A stretch of DNA of 64,000 nucleotides, taken from contig OX597823.1 of the NCBI GenBank assembly GCA_951406725.2, positions 36,704,001-36,768,000 on the forward strand, written 5' to 3'. Shown here one piece after another: positions 50,501 to 63,150 of this stretch (positions are counted from its first letter, which is position 1; each line of letters begins with the position of its first letter). The position numbers and the translations under genes were made by a program. Source of the stretch: Octopus vulgaris (Eukaryota). The notes under the pieces are model-generated. The model was not told the DNA's origin, searched no databases, and saw only the letters and a program-made list of their open reading frames with translations.

Positions 50501-52847
50501 TCCACACAATGGGATTGAACCAGGAACCATGTTGTTGGGAAGCAAATGTTTTACTACACGGTCACACCTGATGATTAAAATAAAAAGAAAGTAGCAGTCC
50601 ATGGTAGTGAACTCACAGGAATGTTAGAATAATGAATTAGATTCTCTAGGTTCAGCTGTCTGTGGCCTGAGTTCAAATTCCTCTCGCTCTTGCCAGTGTT
50701 AATAGTACTTAGCAACTGACAGATAACAAGTGTTTAAAAGATAAAATTGAATTTCTGGTGTAAGAAAGATTTAATGCTTTACTAAATGTTAAAGTAAAAT
50801 GTGACAAGTCCTGGTACTATAATGAAAGATCAATGTACAATTCCGTATGAAATTCTATAGAAATTTTGACTGGCACTGATAAACAAACATTACTTGTGTT
50901 TGTTTGATGTTTCATTGCAGTCTTTCTAGTTATCCAAAACATTTCGATTGTTTAAAACAACATGCAAATTGTTTGGTCATTATTGTTTATATTTTAAAAT
51001 TTGCCAATCAATGCCATCATAACAATGGTTGTTAAAACAACAATGATGGTGATGGTGCAGCTGATGACAGACATTTCACTCTTTCACTTTCTACACTTTG
51101 TTTAAATGGTGATCCATCTGTAATAAACCTACTCCAGTTGTTCATGGAAGCAGAAATGTCAATTTGCATTTTTGGAGGAAATTCTCTACTAGAAATTCTC
51201 TACAATAAACCATGAAGGAATTGATGTTGTCAGGAACTGACCAATACAAGCTCACTAGCATCTCTTAAATCATCACTGAAATTCCTGTAATTTATTAAAT
51301 CCTTTTGTTACCATATTCCTGTTGAAATACATTGCTTGTATTTCAATTAATTTTTGAAAATAATGAGGAATTTATAGGAACATAAATTGGCATGAAATTT
51401 TGATGGAAGGTTTTAATTTAGATCACTGTAAAACAGCTCTCAGTCAAGTTTAGAAGCATTGAAGTAAAGTTAAGGCATTAAGTAGTCTTTTATATTTTTA
51501 TTTATTACATTGAGATAGTGTAATATGGTGTGTCTAAAGTTGCACAGTAACAGCAAAAACAATGTAGAAATAATTCCTGACACTGGTCTCAAGAGTCAGA
51601 ACCTCTGAAAGGGATAAGTCATTATCGAAATAGAGAACTAAATGCTTGTGTATTCTAATCTGGAAGTATTCCATTTCTACAGACAACATGGTAGGTAATA
51701 TTTAGGATATCAGTGGGGTGTGAGTTCTTTCCAGGTTCTTCCAGAAACTGGTGATTTAATCTAATTTGAGTGAGATCATCCACCTCAAAGTTTAGTGTAC
51801 ATAGCTAGTCTTTGAGAGACATTGTGTACAAGAGATGAGGTGTATCAGAGCTTAGTTCATCTTTCATAAGATTGAGCAGTAGCTGAGATGATTCTTTAAT
51901 AGAAACTTTGGTCACAGTAGAATTTGAACTAATGCTCTTCTTGTTAACAAAGTATTCAACAGCAGCTATACAATATGATTCCTGTGTTTGGGTGAACAGT
52001 ACTTCCACATGGTACTTATTAATAGTTAGTTGAATGGTTAAATGAGTATTGTTTTTGTTATAGGTAGAAAGTACCATTGATGAAGATTTAAATTGTCATA
52101 ACTCAGGCACAAATTGAATTTGACAAACTTTTAAATCTTACTAACAATTATTTCCTAGATTGGTCAACTTTACTTTTGTTTTAGACCAGATTTTTTCTGT
52201 AGTATTGTTTTGTGTTGATTTTTTTTTTATTAATTTTAGTTTTGTTAATTTTCTGGGTCTTTTTTTCCTGCTTTTTTATTATGATCTCTAACCTCCTACA
52301 AGGTGTGTGTGTGTGTTTTCGTGAGTTCCATTATATTTTTGTTACCAATAATTGATTTGAAGTTGTGTTAAATGTTGATACAGACCCTACAAACAGTTTA
52401 TGAGGTAGGTTTTCAATATCAGGTTTTCAATTTACCAACTGAGTAAGCTTGCAGGCATTTTCTGGCATTGTCAACATTCAACTCATGTTGCTTGCTGCTG
52501 CTGTGTGTGTGTGTGGGTGGACAGTTACATTCCCAGACATTCTTTGCCTGGCTATTCTTCTCTTCTAATCTCTGCCAGTTGTAGAGTTCTCTGATTTACT
52601 GATTCTGCTTCATGTCTGCAGTTTTGTTGCAGCTGCTGTTGTTGTTGTTGCTGCCAGAAACCACAAAGTGTCAGATTAACTATTTATAGTATCTGCTTTC
52701 AGTCCTCTGTTATCTCAGGTCAGATTGTGTTGAGGGTCAGTAAAATACCTGTAATATACTGGGGTTATTCAATCTCTCCCCACTCTATGGAAATTGGCTT
52801 TGTGCCTAGTCGGAAGAAACCAGAATTGATAGTTTTTATAGTGCTTC

Positions 52848-52889
<42 letters not shown>

Positions 52890-54640
52890 GTACTTCCTCT
52901 CTTACAACACTAGACTTGTGTTGTCATATGTTTGCTACATGAACAGCTGTTTTATTAGCAGTGTGTGTGTGTGTGTCTACACACATACTTGTAGTTGAAT
53001 GTCCTATAAAGAATAGGATTATTATCATCATTCCCTCCCATTAGTGTTCTTCTAAACCAATTACATCCTCCTCTATACTTGGTTCTTGTGAAAAACAAAT
53101 CTCTTCTTAGCTGCCACTGTTTGAGTTAAGGATTCATGTTTTCTCTAAATTCTCCACCTCCTACAGCTGCCCGTTTACTGCTGTTGTCTGAGACTGTTTC
53201 ATATCCAAAGGTCCATTTTTTGTTTTGTTTTTCTCTGTTGTTTGATATTTAATCAACTTTTAATGCCACTACCTACACTGGAAATCTCTATTTCAGCTTA
53301 TGTAATAATATCTAATATGGTGTGTTTAGTTAATTTAAATCCTCTTCAAACCACTGTAACTTCTCATTAATCAAAAAGTAAAGTAAGATACCATGAAGTA
53401 ACATGTTTATATCTCTGCTGAGTGGGGCGGGGTAATTGTTCTTTTATAAGCTATATTTGTTAGTCTGTCTAAAATCTTTTAAATCTTTAATCTTTTCAAT
53501 CACTTCACTTGAGACAAAATACTTTGTGCTATTTGGTTATGGCTCTTTACATTCTGAATTCAAATTGTGTTGGGGCCAAGTTTGCCTGTCAACCATCTAG
53601 GGTCAATAAAATATACATCAGTCAATTACCGGTGTCAATCTAATCAATTAATCCTCTCCCCTTCATCACTATGTTATTTCAAGCTCTGTTGGAAACAATT
53701 ATATTGCATGTTAGTTAAAGAAATAGTGGTAATTGTTTGTGAGTCTGGAAGCAGAAGGGAAATAACTTGAAGATATTAAGGTTCAATTTCACAGAAAACT
53801 GTATTCATCGTTGCGGGAGAATATGATGCTTCAGTGCAATATAAAACTTTTACAAGTCAAGAGATTTACAAAGAATTTTGGTTGCTGTAATTCACATGAT
53901 TAATGAAATACCTTCATAAGCTCTGTTTCTCCACGTAAAAGTTTCTGTCCACTAATCACAGTAAGATTAAGACAACTAGTTTACTGATAAGACCTAATAA
54001 GACTGAAGCTTGTACCACTCACCTTGCCTGTTAACAAAAGTTGATTTTCTCTCCAAGCATAAAATTTCAATTTTCTGTGTATTCAATTTTGAATTAACTG
54101 AAATTACCCCCCCCCCTTTTTTTTTGTTAGTTACTGACAATTCCTGCTAAGTTGTTGTTTTCTTTCTCCAACTAAGAGGTAGATTAATTTGTAATTTTCT
54201 ATATTTAGCATTAAATCCTACTTACAGCTTTGTTTTCCTGGTGTTAAGATTATTCAAAGACCTAGACAGAATCATCACCATATAATGTCCATTTTCCATA
54301 CTGGCATGGGTTGGATGATGCAACAGGGACCAATAAGCCAGAGGACTGTGCCAAGCTCCCATGTCTGCTTTGGCATGGTTTATGACTGGATGCCCTTCCT
54401 AGCACTGATAACTTTGAAGAGTGTACTGGGTACTAGCACAAGTGAGGTCACCAAGTAACTCACGGATGAAGTGGGAGTGCTGTATTAAGGGGCAAGGCTT
54501 TGTACCAGGTTGAAAGATTAAAGTATGGTAGAGAGACAGGAACAGATGGCTTGCTGTAGAGGAGATACATGGCTTCCACAGTGGGAAAGAAAGAACAGAA
54601 ATGTCAAAATATACTTTAGTTATTTACCTACCTTGTATAG

Positions 54641-54688
54641 AGCATCTGCTTATTACTGTGGTCAGTGGCTGTGTTGCCTTTACTGAAG
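54641..54688 (+). CDS. Candidate 48-nt in-frame cassette exon
   Basis: ccttgtatag| acceptor and strong AAG|gtgagt donor; 48 nt; open in phase 1 (E-HLLITVVSGCVAFTE-G/E). No homology recognised. Confidence 0.22.
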
Positions 54689-55214
54689 GTGAGTGTAAAA
54701 GGCTATGGATATTCCACTTGGTTTCTTGGCAGCCCTGATACTATTTTACTTTCTCAATGGAATTGCTTTAGTACATTCATTATTTTCTTCACTTTGTTGT
54801 GTTTACAAGGTGCAGTCTACTGTAGTGAAGGTATGTGACCTAGTGGTTAGGGTGTTTCACTTGCCACCACAAGATCATAGTTTCAATTCCCAAACAACAC
54901 AATGAATTGTGTTCTTGAGCAAAACACTACATTTCATGTTGCTCCAGTTCATTCAGCTGTAAACGAGTAACTCTGGCATGGACAGGTGTCCTGTTCAAGA
55001 GAAATTTCTCAGGGATTTCATTTGTTTATATGCCATGGAAACCAGGTAATCAGCCCTTTCAGTTCTGGGACCCTAAACAAAAATGTCCAGTAGTTCATGA
55101 TGATGAATCTGTTGTACCTGTTTCTTACTTTATGCACTATTGAGTTTTTCAGCTGAGTTCTGAGCGAAACGTTTTACTCAGTTATTCATTCTGAACACTC
55201 CCTCATCATGGGAC

Positions 55215-55625
55215 CATAAGTTGATGCCATTGATCCCAGTCCTTGATTGGTACTTATTTTATCAATCCTGAAAAGATGAAAGGCAAGGCTGACCTTGGCA
55301 GCATATGGACTCAGAATGTAAAACCAGAAGAAATGCTACTAAGCATTTTGTCTGGAACAGTAATGATTCTGTCAGTTTGCCACCTGAATAATAATAGCAA
55401 CAATGATGATCCTTTCTATTATAAGCACAAAGCCTGAACTTTTGTTGGTGGGGGGTTAGTTGGTTACATCAACTCCATTATTCAACTGTTACTTATTCCA
55501 GTGACTCCGAAAGGATGAAAGACAAAGTTGACCTCAGCAGAACTTGGACTCAGAATGTAAAATTGGAAGAAATGCTGCTCAGAATTTTGTCTGGCACAGT
55601 AGTGATTCTGCCAGCTTGCCACCTT
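55215..55625 (-). mobile_element. Two tandem copies of the dominant SINE
   Basis: GATGAAAG(G/A)CAA..TGACC cores occur twice. Confidence 0.8.
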
Positions 55626-56287
55626 GATGATGATGATTAAAAAAAAAAAAATGTTATTAAATACTTGAGCCATAAACAACTTATATTACTTTGCATCTGT
55701 TTAATCTCCAATATACAGGAGGAATGTTTCACACACACATGCATGTGTATACACACACATACAAACACACTATGTGTGTAAACAAATGTATACTTATAGA
55801 ATGTTTCTTTAATTTTTTTACACTTCAGAAGCAAACACAGACTTTTTAGAAAATTTTCCTCTTTAGTAATTTAGTTTGCAGTATTTCATTTAAAGTTTAA
55901 TATTTTTTGCTTTTTACACAAAATTAGTTAAAAGAGGGAACAAGTTTCTATAGTGTAAGCCCTTTCTATAGTAAGAAATGTCAGTATATTACTGGTACAT
56001 ACATACACACACATTTTAAAACAAGTTCTAGAGAGGAAGACTGCTTGTTTGCCTCTGACACTTTGCAATAGGTCAAACTCCTTAAAGGAATTTCTGTTTA
56101 CAGACACTGAACAGCTCTAAACACTTCCTGAAAACATTATTCAAAAATATTTTTTCTATCTTTTTGTACATACATATATAAATGTATGTGTGTGTAGTTT
56201 TGATAAAATAAACAAAGGCTGTTTAAAAATAGAGAAAAATTCCAACTTTTTCAACAATAGAATCAACTTATAAACTTGTAGGATGTT

Positions 56288-56297
56288 CCAAATATGG
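56288..56297. promoter_or_regulatory. CArG box (SRF site) in SRE-like context
   Basis: CCAAATATGG within AGGATGTTCCAAATATGGCCATTCTG; MEF2-consensus TTAAAAATAG at 56223-56232; unique, non-repeat sequence. Confidence 0.4.
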
Positions 56298-56769
56298 CCA
56301 TTCTGAAAATAATTACACTGCTGCTATTATTCTTTTAATGGTTGAACTGACTGTCGATAATCTCTCTGTCCTATTCCCAAAATATAAATACCAACCACCT
56401 TTTTTAATTTAGTTAATGTTGAGAGAAAGAGGTAGGTGGTGGCAGTGAGATGATAACTTATAATTCAGAATAGACATTATTATTAACAGTGTTTTTATGC
56501 AATTTTTATTTTAATGCATCAATAGAAGAGGTTTCCTTCTTTTCTACAATCCATCATCATTCACATATGAACTGATAACTATGTGGCACAGATAGGTGAC
56601 AACCATTTTCCACCTATGGCACACAAGCATTCTGCTTACAGATATTATGAAACACTTGCTAGTGGCTGTATCCATTTGACTATTTTATTTCAAAATTTGT
56701 AAGTTTGTGAGTTACACAACAAAACCAAACTGTGTGTGTGTGGTCATTATTGTTGCACTTGCCTTTTCT

Positions 56770-57180
56770 ATTTACACAAGTTGGATAGGTGTTCTTTAGT
56801 ACAGTATCTTACCGTTTGTTACAGTCCTTTGTCAGTTCGTTTATATGGTCCTTGAGATCAGTTTTCACCATTTCTTTCTATCTCTTCGGTCTACAGTCTC
56901 ATTCCACTGGCCCCATCTTTACCAAACCCTAACCTCCTTATCTATCACATATTTGTTCTACTACTGTCTTTTCTCTCTCATACAATACATCAGTTTTACA
57001 TTCTTATCTTTCTCTCAGCTCATTTTTGCTCTATTATACACACATACCAACATTACGCATCTAGTCGAGATGCATGCTTGCCTCATTTTCAACTTTCCCA
57101 CATCATCCACATTTAATGCCTGTATTTCACAGTCATGTGACATCACACTTCATGCATTAACACCAAATATAATTTAATTT
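56770..57180 (-). mobile_element. Decayed RTE-like 3' fragment
   Basis: The minus strand resembles the C-terminal RTE region (IKLYLVLMHEV..DCE...RKKW). Confidence 0.45.
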
Positions 57181-58924
57181 GACCATCAACTGGAGACAGA
57201 TAACTCTTAATTAACAGTGAAGGTAAAAGTTTCCTAAAATGTTACTGCCATTAATATTACTAAACTATTACTATTAATTAGCCTGTCCACTCCCCACGTT
57301 ATGTCCCTACTGTTTATATTGGCTACACTGGATGAAAATCTTACTTACTCATCTATATATCGGACAGGATTGTTCCCTGGTGGTAGTATTTTCCTCCATG
57401 GGCTTGTTTCCTCATTAAGTTGTCACAGTTGAAATCTTTGTTTTCCTTGATCACTGATAGACAAATACAATGTGTGTATGATTATGTGATCATGTATATG
57501 AATGTATTTATGTGTTTACAGTTGCATGTATATATATGTGTGTATGTATATGGTGAAGCACTGACAGAATTGTTAGCCAAGTTGGGATAAATACTGCAGT
57601 GCAGTATTTATCCCAACTGTTCTTAAAGTTTACTTAGGGTGCATCATATGGAATCCCTACCTACTCCTTTTCTACATATCAAACATGGTTTCTTCCAGAT
57701 CTTGTCTTCATTTCCTGTTGACTAAAATTGTGTCTTTCAAACATTTACTTTGAGGTTTCCCAATATCTGGTGTCTCTGTTTGGAGTTTCTTTAAAGTCTT
57801 CCATAGATTTCTGTGACAGCTAATGTCATTGGTATAGAAGTGAACTCCATCCCCCACACAGCCAGTTTTTAAACCTCTGTTATGGCCTGAGGAACTATAA
57901 TAGGTAACGTATGTGGACATTATGTGGACAAAATGCCTCTGGTATTTCTTCCAGGTTCTCACATTTTGAGTTCAAATCCAGCTGAAGTTGATTGTATCAA
58001 TACCTTCTACATGTCTGATACTATATTTTAACAACCCTCTTGGAATGGAAAGGCAAAATACACCTTGATGCGATTTGAACTCTGAATGTAAAGAGTTGGA
58101 AAAAATAAATGTTAATGATTCTGCCAATCCACCAAAATATGAAATAAATAAAAAAAAAAAACTATTTTTCTTATTCTTTTAAACTCGTGTGTGTGTGCGC
58201 ACACACACAAACACGTGCACACAGTTTTTATGTTATATGAGATTTTAAATCCATATTGAAATCTTCATACTGATCTTTTCAGTCTAAGTTGATTGTAACA
58301 GACCACATCCTCTGATGTATTTTACTGTCTCCACAATTCAGGGTTGTGTGTGTGTGTGTGTGTGTGTGCCTTTATTTCCCCCTGACAGTATTTTCTCTTT
58401 CATATTTTCTTATTCTTTTTGATTAAAGAGTGAAACCACAAAAATTGACTTTTAGCTGCTTCATCTTATTCCACTTTCTTTGTCCTTTCTTCTCTTTTGT
58501 TGTTGTTGTTGTTAGTAGTAGTAGTAGTAGTACTAGTAGTAGTAGTAGTAATTTGTGTGTATATTTGATTTATTGTTCCCAGGTTTTGGTTTCTCAGCTT
58601 GATGCTGAAATGGTGCTAATGGCCCACTTCCTTATTATTCTCTCTCTCTCTATTGCTTCATATATTTCTACTCCATGTAGGAGGCAATGATTCTTATTTT
58701 GTTAGATTAATTAGAACCTTCAATAAGTTTCCTGGTTAATTAGAATTAAACGAGGTGTCAGTGAGTGTGGTAGAAATGATGATGATTGTTTATATAGGAG
58801 CATATATATGTAAATTGTTTGGCCTTCAATTTTAGTTGGAATTTATGTAATTTGAAATGTAATTAATGTCCTTGTCATAAAGACTAATATTTTGTTAGGT
58901 AATATATGGTGGGGAGGAGGGTGG

Positions 58925-59150
58925 GAAGCCAGCAGAATTGTTAGCTTGCTGGGGGAAATGGCTAGTGGTATTTCATCTGCCATCACGTTTTGAGATCAAA
59001 TTCCGCTCTAGTTGACTTCGCCTTTCACTCTTTTGGGTCGATTAAATATGTACCAGTTACGCACTGGGGTTGATGTAATTGACTTAATCCCTTTGTCTGT
59101 CCTTGTTTGTCCTCTATATGTTTAGCCTCCTGTGGGCAATAAAGAAATAA
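58925..59150 (+). mobile_element. SINE, long-tail variant of the dominant family
   Basis: Shared core followed by GACTTAATCCCTTTGTCTGTCC...GGGCAATAAAGAAATAA. Confidence 0.8.
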
Positions 59151-60920
59151 ATATATGGTGGCGGAATGCTCACAAGTAAAACAGTAATGAAGCCCATATA
59201 AAGCTGGTAATTGTCCCATAACCCCAGGTCAACAGTAAAATGTAGGCCCCTTTTCAAACTATTCATTACTTATTTTAGTAATAAGTGTTAAATATGTATG
59301 ACTCATATTAGGATTATGGGTTTGTACTTGTACTTGGTGCCCCACACTTACAAGGAAACACACTAAAAGAGTTAGAGTGAGTTAGAAAGAAAAGTAATTC
59401 ATTTTCAAAGTGCTCTTCCTTTGCTTCCAAAAAGTAGAGTGGCTTCTTTTAAATTGTAGGCTCATACCAACTGCCCCTGCCCCCAATTTGCTTGTCATTT
59501 AGTTCTAGTCTGAGGGCATATATGTCTGTCTATATAAAAATAATTAAATTTGTCTGTATGTTTTGCAATGGAGTGACACAATTTGTGAATTTACAATCAC
59601 ATCATAACTGGATTTGATGTTCCTTCCTGCACTACAGTGAAACTTTTTTTTACCCCTTGCACATACACACATTCAATTATTTCATCATTTTCAATATTTT
59701 GTTTCATCATTTTGTGTGTGCATGTTATTTCAAAAATGTTTGACTTCATTTCCTATTGTCTGAAGTAGAATGTTGACTAGCAACATTATGAAATCTTTGG
59801 TTTTCATTACTCAGTTAATCGGCTTACTTAGGTAGTCTAGTTCCTAAGTCTAGAGACTGTTTTCATACACAAAAACTTGTCATCTAATGGTAGATTAAAA
59901 AGATTTTAAAGGTAACCCTTTTAGAATGTGTGTGTTCTGTCTTGAACCTTAGGACTCACCAGGCCAATTACCTGGTGTCCAGGGCATGTGATTGACTGAG
60001 TGCACAATTTTCCCCTTGAAGAGAATGCTGGTCCATCGCAGGGTTACTCCTTTACTGCTGAGCGGACTTAAGCAATATGAAATGAAGTGTTTTGTTCAAC
60101 AACTCAATGCCATGTGTGGCCCAGGAATTGAAACCACGATATTGTGATCATGAGTACAGCACTCTAACTGCTATGCCACATCCTTTCAGAATATCTTTTT
60201 TTTTTATATTATTACTTTACAAAGTTGTTTTTAAATTAAAATAATCTATTGTTTCTCATTTGTACCTACTAAGACTTTTCTAGAAACTTTTAAAATAATA
60301 TCAGTATTATACATGTGTGTGTGTATATGTGTGTGTGTGTGTGATAAGCTTCCATATAATTTCCATTTACCAGTTTTACTCAGAAAGTATTGGTTGACCC
60401 AAACCATCATAAAAAGATATTTGCCCAAGGTGCCAAACAATGGATTGAACCCAAATGTATTTCTTGATCATTGACAGTTTTCTCCAGTTGGAAACTTCGA
60501 TATCAATGAACAGGTTGTCTATATAGGATGGAATATTCTCATAATTAATGACACAAAATAATAACAAAATAAATGTGTGTGTGTGAATATAGTGCATTTC
60601 AGGTGAGTGGACATAACTGTGCAGAGAGAGAGAGAGAGAGAGAGATTTAGTGATGTCACACTGATGGGAAATAATAGTAGTGACTCACTCAAATTTAACA
60701 TTGAATATTCGATATCTTGGAAGGAGATTATTATAATTTTGTTAACGATAGCATTTGGTGGAAGAAGACATTGTGGATGTTAGGGATTAAAATAAAATGA
60801 TCAGTTATTTCGTGTTTAGAATTAAGTCCATATGTAATATAAATCATGGTAATTAATTTTATGGAAGAAATTAGAAGTGATATAACGATGTTTGTTCCTG
60901 GTAGATTTGGAGTCTTTGCA

Positions 60921-61141
60921 TAACACTTTAGCATTTAAACCAGCCTTATTCAGCCCAAATATTCTTCCTGTTTTATGTTCAAACTGACTAGATCTGGCTT
61001 CTCACATTTACCCTTCAATGTCATTCTAAAAATGAGCAATTACATCATCAAAATCTCACAGCTATGAGACAATCTATGATTACTACAAAACAAAGTGTAC
61101 AAATAAGAATTACATGAGTAATCTGAATGCTAAAGGATTAA
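60921..61141. mobile_element. piggyBac-like MITE, diverged
   Basis: TAAC(A)CTTTAGCATT ... AATGCTAAAGGATTAA inverted ends. Confidence 0.5.
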
Positions 61142-61790
61142 ATATACAGTTGAAGGCAGTTTCTAAAGTTACTTGTGGGACTGAACTCCATTAAAAATAA
61201 TTATTAATGTACCTTGAAAATGAAATGCACATATTCTAATGTCGACACACACGTACACTGGTACATTCATAATGGCACACATACTTTGAGATAAATATAA
61301 CCATATGTGCATAGTATCATTTTTACCATTCCAGAAAGCTGTCCCTATAACATCCAAAACCATTTCTTTGAAGTAACTAAAAGTCTTGGTATAATATTGA
61401 TTTCTTCAATTTTTTATTTATTTATTTAATGGAAATTATAATTAGTTTCATTAACTTAGAATATTGTTTACACTTTTTGTTTTAATGAACCTGAGGGGCA
61501 GTGGTCATAACTTTTGCATGCTCCTTTCAAAGCTGAGTTTTTTGTAAGAATATGACTTATTCTACAAATGATTCACTAGCATGGCCACAACTACTGGGTG
61601 AAACAGGTGAAGATTAAACCTTAAAAGGACATAAAATGTTTGACTTAATTTTTGATGACTTTTGAAAAACAAAAATGTTTTTTGATGATGTTTTGGCTTT
61701 CATTTAAAATTATGATTTTTGTACTTTTGCAAGTACTTTTATTTTGATAGTTTTTACTTATGTTTTTCTCTTGTTTTTGTGTACTTGCAG

Positions 61791-62060
61791 AATCTAGCAG
61801 CTCATCAAACTGGACCCCCCTCTATGGGGGAGCACGGTTAGACCAGGATACCATCCAGTACTTCCATAAATTCTACTGTAAAGATTGCCGTATGGAGAAA
61901 CAAGCTGCTGAGCGTGCCAAAGCATCGTCAGTAGTGGGGGGAGAGAATGCACTTGGTGGGACATCACCAACAGCAGGATACACCAGTCAACAACCATCAA
62001 GTCCACAAAATTCTCTGGACGAACTCTCACTACAACAAGCCATGGATAAAAATAAAGAAT
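61791..62060 (+). CDS. MRTF: Internal coding exon (phase 1-1, 270 nt) of a probable myocardin-related transcription factor; N-terminal region just before RPEL1
   Basis: Polypyrimidine tract plus ttgcag| acceptor at 61790 and |gtaagt donor at 62061. The frame is open and non-repetitive: (E)SSSSSNWTPLYGGARLDQDTIQYFHKFYCKDCRMEKQ...PSSPQNSLDELSLQQAMDKNKE + T. From memory, MDKNKE-S-LKVKL begins RPEL1 in invertebrate MRTFs, and PSPQ..ELSLQ resembles the vertebrate MRTF-A N-terminus. The split T fits the expected Ser. The exon is more certain than the gene name. Confidence 0.75.
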
Positions 62061-62399
62061 GTAAGTAATGCCGGAGCAAAAGTGGTTCTATTTGATTGTG
62101 GAAAGTAAATGTTTATTGTTGTTTCCTTTTTAACTCTTTCAATTCCAGAGCCTCTTCCATTATAGGTACTGAAAAAAAGGGATTTATTTTCATCCATTAC
62201 ATTAACATTGTTATTCAGTGGATGAGAGATAATCTCTCATCTACTGAATTCAAATTGACTTTCCGCTGTCTTACATGAAATATATGTCACCTTTGTTTAA
62301 TGAAAATTAACAATTTCAAGGGTATATTTATATATAGCCATAGAAATATTGCAAAAAGTTAGAGCAGCCCCTGACAAGTGCTCAGATAGCTTGGTTATA

Positions 62400-62442
<43 letters not shown>

Positions 62443-62744
62443 TGTACAATAACTGTATATAATATATATCATAATGATATTTATTCTCCGATTTTGAAGC
62501 GACAATATTATTTGTGTAGTATTAAGACAGTTTAAGTATATATTAACTAAATTTGACTGAAATTGATGGGTGAGTGTTTGGTCAATCAGATTCGCAAGGA
62601 GCCATGAAAGCATTGATTTGTTGCTTTGATTCAGTCTGAGGTTAGCTCATCATTTTTTGGTCATTTGTTTATATTTAAAAATTGTCGCTTCAAAATCGGA
62701 GAATAAATATCACTATGATATATATTATATACAGTTATTGTACA
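62443..62744. mobile_element. MITE-like element with 64-bp inverted repeats
   Basis: 62443-62506 matches the reverse complement of 62681-62744 with one mismatch; 174-bp spacer. Confidence 0.8.
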
Positions 62745-62852
62745 ATTATTATTCTATGAGCCTTCCATAGTAGCTTTCTCTCCGTAACTCGCAAAGCCTT
62801 TCGGGTTTGTTTATAAAAGTATTATTTATATAGTTGTATATATACATATATA

Positions 62853-63150
62853 TCACATCACCATCACATGACCGACCAGTCCATCAGATGTAGTTACACA
62901 TCGCTGGTCACAATGTGTTCGCATTGTTTTAGCCTTCGAATGACGCCACCCCGCTGGCTAAGCGAGCAGGCCAACAGAAGAAAGAGTGGGAGAAAGAGTA
63001 CAGCAGGGATCACCCCCCACTGCCGGAGCCTTGTGGAGCTTTTTAGGTGTTTTCGCTCAATAAACACTCACAACGCCCGGTCTGGGAATCGAAACCGCGA
63101 TCCTACGACCGCGAGTCCGCTGCCCTAACCACTAGGCCATTGCGCCTCCA
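62853..63150 (-). mobile_element. Young full-length tRNA-derived SINE
   Basis: Minus strand TGGAGGCGCAATGGCCTAGTGGTTAGGGCAGCGGACTCGCGGTCGTAGGATCGCGGTTTCGATTCCC carries box A and box B; CpGs are retained. Confidence 0.88.

Noticed and set aside
60595-60610. Strong donor-like CAG|GTGAGT
   Set aside because: No plausible exon upstream; the region is a SINE remnant and TG repeat.
61760-61790. ATG at 61760 as start of the 102-aa ORF
   Set aside because: It lies in the polypyrimidine tract upstream of the acceptor; MFFSCFCVLA is translated intron.
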